This document shows, piece by piece, positions 57,105-64,000 of a DNA stretch of 64,000 bases. The stretch covers positions 42,070 to 106,069 of the forward strand of contig JBBTSO010000005.1 of NCBI GenBank assembly GCA_038064695.1, given 5' to 3'. Source of the stretch: Patescibacteria group bacterium (GTDB taxonomy: Bacteria > Patescibacteriota > Minisyncoccia > Phycocordibacterales > Phycocordibacteraceae). The number at the start of each line of letters is the position of its first letter. The first letter of the stretch is position 1. The notes beneath the pieces were generated by a model. That model had not been told where the DNA came from and ran no database searches. It saw only the letters and a program-made list of their open reading frames with translations. The translations under genes and the position numbers were made by a program.

Positions 57105-57221
57105 TTATCCTTGTCGAGCTTTACGTCGAGGATTTTTTTTATTAATTCTAAATACTCGGCCACGGCGCTTTACCAAGATGTCTCCTGGCTGCTGCTTTTT
57201 AACCGATGATAGAACTTTCAT
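57105..57221 (-). CDS. rpmJ: 50S ribosomal protein L36, Cys-less (zinc-independent, YkgO-like) form
   Basis: A 38-aa ORF below the track cutoff: [38 protein letters not shown]. It has the bL36 fold signature (MKV..S.K......VKR.GR......NP..K..QG) with no Cys or His ligands. It sits in the canonical infA-rpmJ-rpsM position. Confidence 0.7.
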   Translation of the reverse strand: MKVLSSVKKQQPGDILVKRRGRVFRINKKNPRRKARQG

Positions 57222-57230
57222 AAAAAAAAA

Positions 57231-57446
57231 TTAATGCCGACGTGTGATTCGGGCTCGGCCACCGTAAGGGTCAATAACAAGGCTGACTTTATCTCCTACC
57301 AAAACTTTGATTCGGTGGAGACGCATCTTCCCGGCGAGATACGCAAGTACCTCTTGCCCGCCCTCAAGCTGAACACGGAAAAGTGTGTTGGGGAGGGACT
57401 CAGTAACTGTTCCCTCTGCTTCGTCTTTTCCTTGTTTATCAGCCAT
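57231..57446 (-). CDS. infA: translation initiation factor IF-1
   Basis: 71 aa S1-like OB fold (GTVTESLPNTLFRVQLEGGQEVLAYLAGKMR). Confidence 0.92.
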   Translation of the reverse strand: MADKQGKDEAEGTVTESLPNTLFRVQLEGGQEVLAYLAGKMRLHRIKVLVGDKVSLVIDPYGGRARITRRH

Positions 57447-57506
57447 TATAATTGGAACCTTTTGTGGCTTCTATAGAATACCAAATTACCTGGTGTTTCG
57501 TCAACC

Positions 57507-58787
57507 CTAGGGGTTCATTTCAGGGCTTTGGATAACTACTTTTATGCGCTCAGCGTCCTTTGGAAGCACTCCTCTCCAAAAAGGATAAATTGATATTTTC
57601 ATATCTGAGATGGCTGGATAGCCAGAAAGAACACTTCCAATATTTCGTTGATCTTTCCCAGAAAGGTCCGAAATAAGCCGTTTTTCGTCGTAGACGCCGA
57701 CAAGGACCACGTCTCCAGAAATGGTGATGGCTATGTTTCCTTCAGTTTCAGAAGGTTTCGCGACGAATGAAAGTGTGTCTAGATTTTCAATCCGGAGTGG
57801 AGACTGATACTGCACGCCGCCTTCAGTTGCAATCACCGCTGCAAGTTTTTCTTCAAGAATAACGGATGATGAAGCAATAGCTTTTACTCGAACTACCGCG
57901 CCGTTTTGACCAGCAACATCAGCCTGCTCAATAAACTCAACAACTACTTCGGACTCCAACGGAAGTTCATTTTCTGCTAATTGTGACGCAAAAGAGTCGC
58001 GCACCTTTGATTCAAGTTGATTTTTTAGGTCAGAAACTGCCGCGTCTCGGACACTCTTCTCTACCACTGCCCTTTCCCCAACAAAACCACCAGAAAATGA
58101 CCCTTTTGAGCGAGCATACATAGTTTCAAATTGAGCACTTCCTTTGAGCCCAGGAATGGTGAAAGAAGTCATGCCGATATTGTATTTTTCACCTGGTTCG
58201 TCAGCGTAGACTGTAACTTCAATTTCACCAGGAACTTTCTTACCCTCAACCGTTTTATAGCCAGGAACGACCACGGGGTTTTGGATGCGGTAAATCAAAC
58301 CCTCGGGAGTTTCAAAACGCGTGTTCGTGATTAAGCGTTGAGTACCCGAACTGTATTCGTTATAAATAACAATCGTACCTGAGGCGCGTTCTTCAACGTA
58401 CTCGCTTCCCGATTGTGGAACCGTGGTGGTCAATTCTTCTTCAACTGTTTTTTTTGTGTATGAAAGAAGCAAACCATCGGGAGATGCTTCAAAGGTTTCA
58501 GAAACAGGAACGACGAACTGATTCAATTCAATGGAAACACTAGCGCGATGGAAGACCGTGCTCACGAGACCAAAAGCGATAACAATAACCGCAATAACTC
58601 CCACGGCGATAGCAAGTAGCGTAAAGGTGTGATTCACCATTTTTTTAGGTGGGCGTGGTGGTAGTGGAGGCGTGGCAGGAGGAGTCACGGGCGGTTTAAC
58701 TATCTCCTGTTGCGGGTCGCGCGTCACACGAATGGGTTTAGAACGTGCGGGAGGGATAATATCCTGGATGCTTCGTCGATCATTCAT
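57507..58787 (-). CDS. hypothetical bitopic membrane protein with a Pro-rich cytoplasmic N-terminus
   Basis: 426 aa. The cytoplasmic N-terminus (PPVTPPATPPLPPRPP) is followed by one TM and a large extracytoplasmic domain. Confidence 0.45.
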   Translation of the reverse strand: MNDRRSIQDIIPPARSKPIRVTRDPQQEIVKPPVTPPATPPLPPRPPKKMVNHTFTLLAIAVGVIAVIVIAFGLVSTVFHRASVSIELNQFVVPVSETFEASPDGLLLSYTKKTVEEELTTTVPQSGSEYVEERASGTIVIYNEYSSGTQRLITNTRFETPEGLIYRIQNPVVVPGYKTVEGKKVPGEIEVTVYADEPGEKYNIGMTSFTIPGLKGSAQFETMYARSKGSFSGGFVGERAVVEKSVRDAAVSDLKNQLESKVRDSFASQLAENELPLESEVVVEFIEQADVAGQNGAVVRVKAIASSSVILEEKLAAVIATEGGVQYQSPLRIENLDTLSFVAKPSETEGNIAITISGDVVLVGVYDEKRLISDLSGKDQRNIGSVLSGYPAISDMKISIYPFWRGVLPKDAERIKVVIQSPEMNP

Positions 58788-58815
58788 AGGTGGATTATAC
58801 CACTATACGACTCAA

Positions 58816-59955
58816 CTACTCTCCGATAAGTACCTTTTTATACGTGTGGAAAAAGAGCGCGCTTAAAGAAAGGAATATGTCGTAGGTCCCTTGATCTCCA
58901 ATGGTGAGCATATTTTGAACGAGTGGCGCAGACACAGGATTAATTGCGAGAGAAAAAGTGTTCTTTCTTTCAAACCCCTTGGTGAGCCAGGTGAGCACAT
59001 CCCGATCGCTTATGAGAAAGAGTGTTTGCGGAATAGGAACAATTTCTGCCGCGCTTTTTAACGTTGTTTCAAATTGAGCCACCCACTCGTCAAATGCTTT
59101 TTCAAATTTTTCTTTTAGTGAGGTTTGTTCCTCGCCAGTTAATTCGTTCCGAGCGTAGAGCGCAAGACGAGAAAGCGTGTCAGGAAGTGGCGCGTCTTTA
59201 GTGGCAACTGATCGGGCTATTCCGTAATATCCTTGCGGAATAGTGGATAGGTGGTGGATGCCGTCTTCGTAGAGCACTGAAACCTCAGTCACTTCCCCCG
59301 CAACATCCAAAACCACAAAACTCGTTTCCTCAGAAAGTGAGCGGAGCGCGACGGAAGAAACTAAAGGGAACGAGTGAAAAGAAACAACGGCGTGAGGAAA
59401 AGCACGTAGGGCCGCAGTACGAATTTTCTCTGCAACCATTTGCTGCATCTCGCTTTCAAAATAATGTAACTCTAAGGAACTTCCTAAAATGGGTTTAGTG
59501 AGCGCGGTACTGTACCCGTTAATTTTTACATGCATAACGAGCGCCTCTATGTCTACGTTGCCAGTTTTTGGAGGTGCCTCATTTTTATATTGCTCAATTG
59601 CCTTTTCAACGGTCTTTTGAGAAATAAGTGCTGGTTTTTCAGAATGCGAAACAATGGTGCGAATACGTGCCTCATGCCACGGCGCAGCAACCACGACACG
59701 TACTTCCTTAAGGTGAACCTTTTCGTACTTTTGGAGTAGTATTTTGAGTGATTCGTCTAAAAGTTGCGCCATCGACTCACGTGAGGTTTCCGACCCACTC
59801 CCAAGTTGCTGTCGCTCCACGTGCGAAAGTTCAGGGCCGTTCTGACCACCCATACTCAAAACACCAGCAGTAATAAACGCGGTGCCAACGTCAATGAGTA
59901 AACTTTTTTCTGATGCGCTCTTTTTATTTTTATTCACGGGTTTCTGAAAACTCAA
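58816..59955 (-). CDS. actin-like ATPase fold protein (PilM/FtsA-like)
   Basis: 379 aa with phosphate-1 like LLIDVGTAFITAGV and phosphate-2 like VVLDVAGEVTEVSV. Family assignment is tentative. Confidence 0.4.
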   Translation of the reverse strand: MSFQKPVNKNKKSASEKSLLIDVGTAFITAGVLSMGGQNGPELSHVERQQLGSGSETSRESMAQLLDESLKILLQKYEKVHLKEVRVVVAAPWHEARIRTIVSHSEKPALISQKTVEKAIEQYKNEAPPKTGNVDIEALVMHVKINGYSTALTKPILGSSLELHYFESEMQQMVAEKIRTAALRAFPHAVVSFHSFPLVSSVALRSLSEETSFVVLDVAGEVTEVSVLYEDGIHHLSTIPQGYYGIARSVATKDAPLPDTLSRLALYARNELTGEEQTSLKEKFEKAFDEWVAQFETTLKSAAEIVPIPQTLFLISDRDVLTWLTKGFERKNTFSLAINPVSAPLVQNMLTIGDQGTYDIFLSLSALFFHTYKKVLIGE

Positions 59956-61817
59956 GAAAGTATTGCTTTTATTCTACGGATGCCTGCCGATGATGCTTCT
60001 TCTTTAACTATACTAAATGTTCCCATACTTCCTGTGTTTTGCACATGCGGTCCTCCACAGAGTTCACGCGAGTAAATAGTGCCGTCGCTGCATACGACTT
60101 GGTACACATTCACGACATCGGGATATTTTTCCCAAAAACTTCCCTCAACACCTTCCGCTTGTGCTTGCGCTTTTGGCATTTGCACCATCACCATATCGCA
60201 TTTCTTTTGTATCGCTTTGTTAACATACTCTTCAATCTTTTTTAAAATCTCAGGTGGCACTTTCTCGGGGTGGTTAAAATCAAAACGTGTTCGTTCGCTC
60301 GTTATGTTTGACCCTGCTTGGTGCACGTGACTCCCTAGGTACTTTCTTAAACCCGCGAGCATAAGGTGGGTCGCTGTGTGAAGTTTGGTCGTTTGTTCAG
60401 ATGAATCTGCCAGTCCCCCCTTGAATTTCTGTTCCGCGCCAGCACGGGAAAGATCTTGATGTTTAACTTTTTCTTCTTCATACGTTTTTAAATCAACCGT
60501 TTTACCACTCTCTCCTGCAATCTCAACGAGCATTTCAATGGGAAAGCCATGCGTTTGAACCAAGAGTGAGGCTTCGGTACCAGAAATAGTGTTCCCTTGT
60601 ATTTTTGCGTATTCTTTTAACCCCACGGTGAGTGTTTTTCTAAATCGGATCTCTTCTTCCGTGATCGTTGAAAGGATTTTTTGATAACTAACCGAAAGTT
60701 TTGGATAGGCATCTCGATATGAAGTAATAATTGAATCAAGAACACGTCCCAGTGTTTCAGTTTTTACATTCAGTTTGTCCATATGAAAGATAGAACGACG
60801 GATGAGGCGACGGAGAATATACCCCTGTTCAGTGTTTGAAGGAATAACACCGTCCGCAATCATAAAAACCGCACCCTTTAAATGGTCTGCAACAATCCTA
60901 AAGGAGCGCTGGTACGCGGTGTCATTATAATTTTTTCCACCCGCCGCAGATAACTCGCGAATGCTATTGAGCAACGTGTCGATTAGAAATACATCCCCCT
61001 TGTCAACCGATGCGGCAGCAATGCGCTCTAACCCTCCACCAAAATCAACATTTGCCTTCGGGAGGAGTGCGAATGTTCCGTCAGCATTTTTTATGTACTG
61101 CATAAAAACGGAATTTCCGATTTCCATAAAACGTCCGCAATCACAGTTGGGGTGGCAATGTTCACCCCACTTCAAGTCGTGTGGGGTACCGAAGTCGTAA
61201 AACATTTCTGAATCCGGACCCCCCGGCTCACCTGCAGGCATTTTACTTGGAACACCTGAACGACTCCACCAATTTTTCTTTGCGTCGTACGCAAAAATAC
61301 GAGCACCCTGCATACCGACACGGTATCCGTTTTCTTCAGTTCCTATAACAACGTCATTCGCTTCCATTCCTTTCTCTTTGAAAAGCGATTTCCAAAGCGC
61401 GATTGACTCGACATCTTTTGGAATGCCTAGACTTTCATCTCCTGCAAACACGGTGACATATAACTTCTGTGGATTCAATCCGACTACGTTAGTGAGAAAG
61501 TCAAAAAACCATGGAAGTTGTTCTTTTTTAAAATAATCTCCAAATGACCAGTTTCCGATCATTTCAAATGACGACGTATGCCGATTATCGCCAATCTCCT
61601 CTATATCTTCAGTGCGAAATGAAGGTTGCACATTCACCACGCGAGTTCCTTGCGGATGCGGTGTTCCTAAAAAATAGGGCAACAGTGGTTGCATTCCTGA
61701 AGAAACGAAAAGAGTGGTTGGATCGTTTTCAGGGACCAGCGGCACTGAAGGAATCACCACGTGATGCTGGTTTTTAAAATATTCAAGATACTTTGCTCTA
61801 ATTTCAGAAACGGTCAT
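59952..61817 (-). CDS. alaS: alanine--tRNA ligase (short form, no C-terminal DHHA1 domain)
   Basis: 621 aa with an N-terminal class II catalytic core (FVSSGMQP, FEMIGNWSFGDYFK) and an editing-domain HxxxH (HTATHLM). The usual C-terminal domain is absent. Confidence 0.88.
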   Translation of the reverse strand: MTVSEIRAKYLEYFKNQHHVVIPSVPLVPENDPTTLFVSSGMQPLLPYFLGTPHPQGTRVVNVQPSFRTEDIEEIGDNRHTSSFEMIGNWSFGDYFKKEQLPWFFDFLTNVVGLNPQKLYVTVFAGDESLGIPKDVESIALWKSLFKEKGMEANDVVIGTEENGYRVGMQGARIFAYDAKKNWWSRSGVPSKMPAGEPGGPDSEMFYDFGTPHDLKWGEHCHPNCDCGRFMEIGNSVFMQYIKNADGTFALLPKANVDFGGGLERIAAASVDKGDVFLIDTLLNSIRELSAAGGKNYNDTAYQRSFRIVADHLKGAVFMIADGVIPSNTEQGYILRRLIRRSIFHMDKLNVKTETLGRVLDSIITSYRDAYPKLSVSYQKILSTITEEEIRFRKTLTVGLKEYAKIQGNTISGTEASLLVQTHGFPIEMLVEIAGESGKTVDLKTYEEEKVKHQDLSRAGAEQKFKGGLADSSEQTTKLHTATHLMLAGLRKYLGSHVHQAGSNITSERTRFDFNHPEKVPPEILKKIEEYVNKAIQKKCDMVMVQMPKAQAQAEGVEGSFWEKYPDVVNVYQVVCSDGTIYSRELCGGPHVQNTGSMGTFSIVKEEASSAGIRRIKAILS

Positions 61818-61832
61818 TTTTGCATTTTACCA

Positions 61833-63887
61833 CTAACCTTTTAATTCTTTAACCAAACGTGTTGCGCCATAAACGGTTTTTAAAACACTGTATATACCTT
61901 GCGTGTGAACCGATATGGTGTGTTCTGGCACGTGGTCCATATACATAAACGTGTCCCCTTGCGTATGAGTGAGACCGTCAAAAAGGAGTCCGACAATTTC
62001 TTTTTTGTAATTAAAAACAGGGCTCCCCGAGTTGCCGCCGTGAGTGTCGTGCGTCGTAATAAAGTTAAATGCCGATGAATCCTTCTCTAAGACGTAACGT
62101 TTCTTTTCCCAACGCTCTGGTAATTTCCAGTATTTTTCATAGTTATGAAGCGCACCGTGAGCAAACACTCCTCCAATCGTAGTGTACTTTTGTTCGGGAA
62201 CGGCGCGCATTACAAACGGCACCACGCGTCCATAGGCAAGTCGCAAGGTGAAGGTTGCATCAGGGTACATATTTTCTCCGTACAGTTCAAAAAGTGCTTT
62301 TGCAATTTTTCCGTATGCAACTTCAATAACTTCCTCTACGTTCGTTTCAATTTTTTCACGCACGCTGCGTGAACGTGCGTCAGTTAAGAGCGCGAGTTTA
62401 ACAAAGGGGTCTTTTGAAGTGGCGAGTCCTTTCACTCCGCCTTTCACCAATTTCTTACGCGCAGCAACCCGGTCGAGTGTAGTGCCTAGAACCAACGCGT
62501 GCGCGGTTTCTTCAATAGTTCTTCCCTGCAACACGCTCTTTACCCCACTATCTTCAGGCCCAAAGGTTTCAACAAAGAGGCGCAACGAGTCAGCAAGTTT
62601 CCACTCCTCAAGGTCTTTGTAGAGGGGTGCTGGAGAGTACAAACTCTCAAGGAGCGATTCGCGCCTTGCATCTCCAAACTCTTCAAGGCGAAGTGTGCTT
62701 GGTTTTTTATCTTCGTAAAGCATTCGCACGATAGTGCGCGCGATGCCAAAAAAATCTGAAGAAAACGCGCGCGCGCCTTCATACATAAGGTATTCGTCGC
62801 GTAGTTTGTGAAAATATAAAGTAGCATCCTTAATATCGTCCCAGGCGCCTCCGGTAACTTTTTTCAATGAGGGAGACTTTAAAACCGCCTTCCGAACCGT
62901 TTCTTCTCTTTCCTTCAATGCCGCAAAAAAATCGGGTGACTGAATGGAAGCAAGTTGTCCCTCAAAACGTTTTCGTACGTTCTGAATGCTATGAAGATCA
63001 TCATCCGCTCGTCTCGCACTTTCAGGTGAACGCCCTGAAAATTGTTGCAATAAAATTTCTTTCCGACGAACATAGTTCATCAAAAGAGGCATGCTAACGT
63101 CGCGCATATGGCGTATGCGGTCATACGTCGTCAATCGGTTAGTAGACCCTGGGTGACCAGACACAAAGAGCGTCTCGTTCATTTTTGGGGATGTAGTGCT
63201 CCACGTGAAGTGGTTCGGCGTCTTAAGCGGTTTCCCGTGTTCGTAAACGCGGAAAAAAGCAGCATCAAGCGAGTAGCGCGGGTACTCGTAGTTATCAATA
63301 TCACCACCGAACGAAGCGATCGCGGATTCAGGAGCAAATACGAGACGAACGTCAGTATATTTTTTGTACTGATAGAGGTGGTACTTCCCCCCATTGTAGA
63401 GTGTCACCACGTCACTGCGCATCCCGGTTTCTTTTTTAGATTCTTCTTCAATGCGTGCTATCACTGCTCGTCTTTTTTTTGACCGAAGTGACGCACTCTT
63501 CACGCTCTTAAGTGCGTTCTCTACGCGATCAGTAACGTCAGTAATGTTCCATAACACATTGACTTCAAGGTGCGGTGCCTTTTTTTCCTCTCCTAGAGTC
63601 TTTGCAAGGAACCCGTGTTTGAAATAGTCATACGATTCGCTACTCAGTTCATAGAGCACGCTTGCCGCAACGTGGTGGTTAGTAACTAACAATCCTTCCG
63701 GAGACACAAATGACGCTGAACCGCCATTGTTCATGCGAACAGAAGAACGTTGTACCTCAACAAGCCACTCCGGAGAAAGAGATACGCCGTACTTTTCTTT
63801 CACGCGACCAACGGGAACCAAATTCAAAGGCCACATCCCCTCGTCGCCCTGCAAAATAGTCTTCGTCGTTTTTCTTTTTGTTGCCAT
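61833..63887 (-). CDS. S46-family dipeptidyl-peptidase-like serine protease
   Basis: 684 aa with an N-terminal DEGMW motif, a chymotrypsin-fold catalytic His (VTNHHV) and Ser (GGNSGSPV), and a large helical insert. Confidence 0.65.
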   Translation of the reverse strand: MATKRKTTKTILQGDEGMWPLNLVPVGRVKEKYGVSLSPEWLVEVQRSSVRMNNGGSASFVSPEGLLVTNHHVAASVLYELSSESYDYFKHGFLAKTLGEEKKAPHLEVNVLWNITDVTDRVENALKSVKSASLRSKKRRAVIARIEEESKKETGMRSDVVTLYNGGKYHLYQYKKYTDVRLVFAPESAIASFGGDIDNYEYPRYSLDAAFFRVYEHGKPLKTPNHFTWSTTSPKMNETLFVSGHPGSTNRLTTYDRIRHMRDVSMPLLMNYVRRKEILLQQFSGRSPESARRADDDLHSIQNVRKRFEGQLASIQSPDFFAALKEREETVRKAVLKSPSLKKVTGGAWDDIKDATLYFHKLRDEYLMYEGARAFSSDFFGIARTIVRMLYEDKKPSTLRLEEFGDARRESLLESLYSPAPLYKDLEEWKLADSLRLFVETFGPEDSGVKSVLQGRTIEETAHALVLGTTLDRVAARKKLVKGGVKGLATSKDPFVKLALLTDARSRSVREKIETNVEEVIEVAYGKIAKALFELYGENMYPDATFTLRLAYGRVVPFVMRAVPEQKYTTIGGVFAHGALHNYEKYWKLPERWEKKRYVLEKDSSAFNFITTHDTHGGNSGSPVFNYKKEIVGLLFDGLTHTQGDTFMYMDHVPEHTISVHTQGIYSVLKTVYGATRLVKELKG

Positions 63888-63889
63888 AG

Positions 63890-64000
63890 ATTAAAGTTTC
63901 AACGCAATGAGTATTGCTCCTACTGCCATTAAAATAGAACCGGAGATAGTGCTCCAGGTGAAACTTTCTCCTAAGAATAACCCTGCGAGGATGACGACGA
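63890..64000 (-). CDS. 3' end of a membrane protein gene (C-terminal 36 aa, partial)
   Basis: Open frame ending ...GESFTWSTISGSILMAVGAILIALKL with TAA at 63890-63892. Loosely similar to the EamA/DMT C-terminus. Confidence 0.3.

Noticed and set aside
1-64000. CRISPR array or cas genes
   Set aside because: No regularly spaced direct repeats of 25-40 bp and no Cas-like ORFs. The only tandem repeats are short 7-mers.
1-64000. Alternative genetic code (UGA as sense, as in some CPR lineages)
   Set aside because: TGA terminates well-defined genes such as rsmH, at positions that match family length. TAA and TAG are also used, so the standard bacterial code fits.

Overview
This 64-kb window looks like a compact, gene-dense bacterial chromosome segment. 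GC is mid-range, and the standard genetic code with TGA, TAA and TAG all used as stops fits every recognisable gene. Gene content and architecture suggest a reduced-genome bacterium, possibly of the Patescibacteria/CPR type (inference): truncated housekeeping proteins such as a 621-aa AlaRS, long co-directional gene arrays with overlapping start/stop codons, and many small membrane or secreted hypotheticals.

Recognisable housekeeping genes:
- Cell-wall and division genes split over two loci: mraZ-rsmH-ftsL-ftsI-murF on the + strand (4.5-9.2 kb), and mraY-MTase-ftsW-murG plus dacA-like, scpA/scpB and an M23 peptidase on the - strand (30-38 kb). A class B PBP (mrdA-like), greA and lysS sit at the start of the window.
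- A grpE-dnaK-dnaJ operon.
- An alpha-operon remnant: infA-rpmJ-rpsM-rpsK-rpsD-rpoA-rplQ, followed by rplM-rpsI.
- Aminoacyl-tRNA synthetases: lysS, gltX, aspS-like, trpS, alaS.
- Replication and repair: dnaB, recR, rmuC.
- Others: rplU, rplI, rpmA, a tRNA-Glu(CUC) on the minus strand, corA, a Ctp S41 protease, a riboflavin kinase, a GatB/YqeY protein, a LOG-family protein, a DEDD exonuclease, an SLT-like transglycosylase, DoxX, DUF378, and M20 and S46 peptidases.

Less ordinary content:
1. An island of secreted proteins at 9.3-15.6 kb. It includes two tandem paralogous Cys/Asp-repeat proteins and a 609-aa secreted protein flanking tRNA-Glu. A 17-nt duplicate of the tRNA 3' end lies about 190 bp away, and a GC-rich structured segment sits between the two copies.
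2. A contiguous minus-strand lipid-handling block: a 7TM histidine kinase, a methyltransferase, a FadE-like acyl-CoA dehydrogenase, a PlsC-like acyltransferase, a membrane protein and an alpha/beta hydrolase, located directly after dnaJ.
3. Several structured non-coding elements: the MraZ operator repeats, a consensus promoter with alternative leader hairpins before the SLT-like gene, an inverted repeat upstream of grpE, a nested inverted-repeat element upstream of ftsW, and an inverted repeat in the rpsK-rpsD spacer.

I found no CRISPR array, transposase, integrase or reverse transcriptase.
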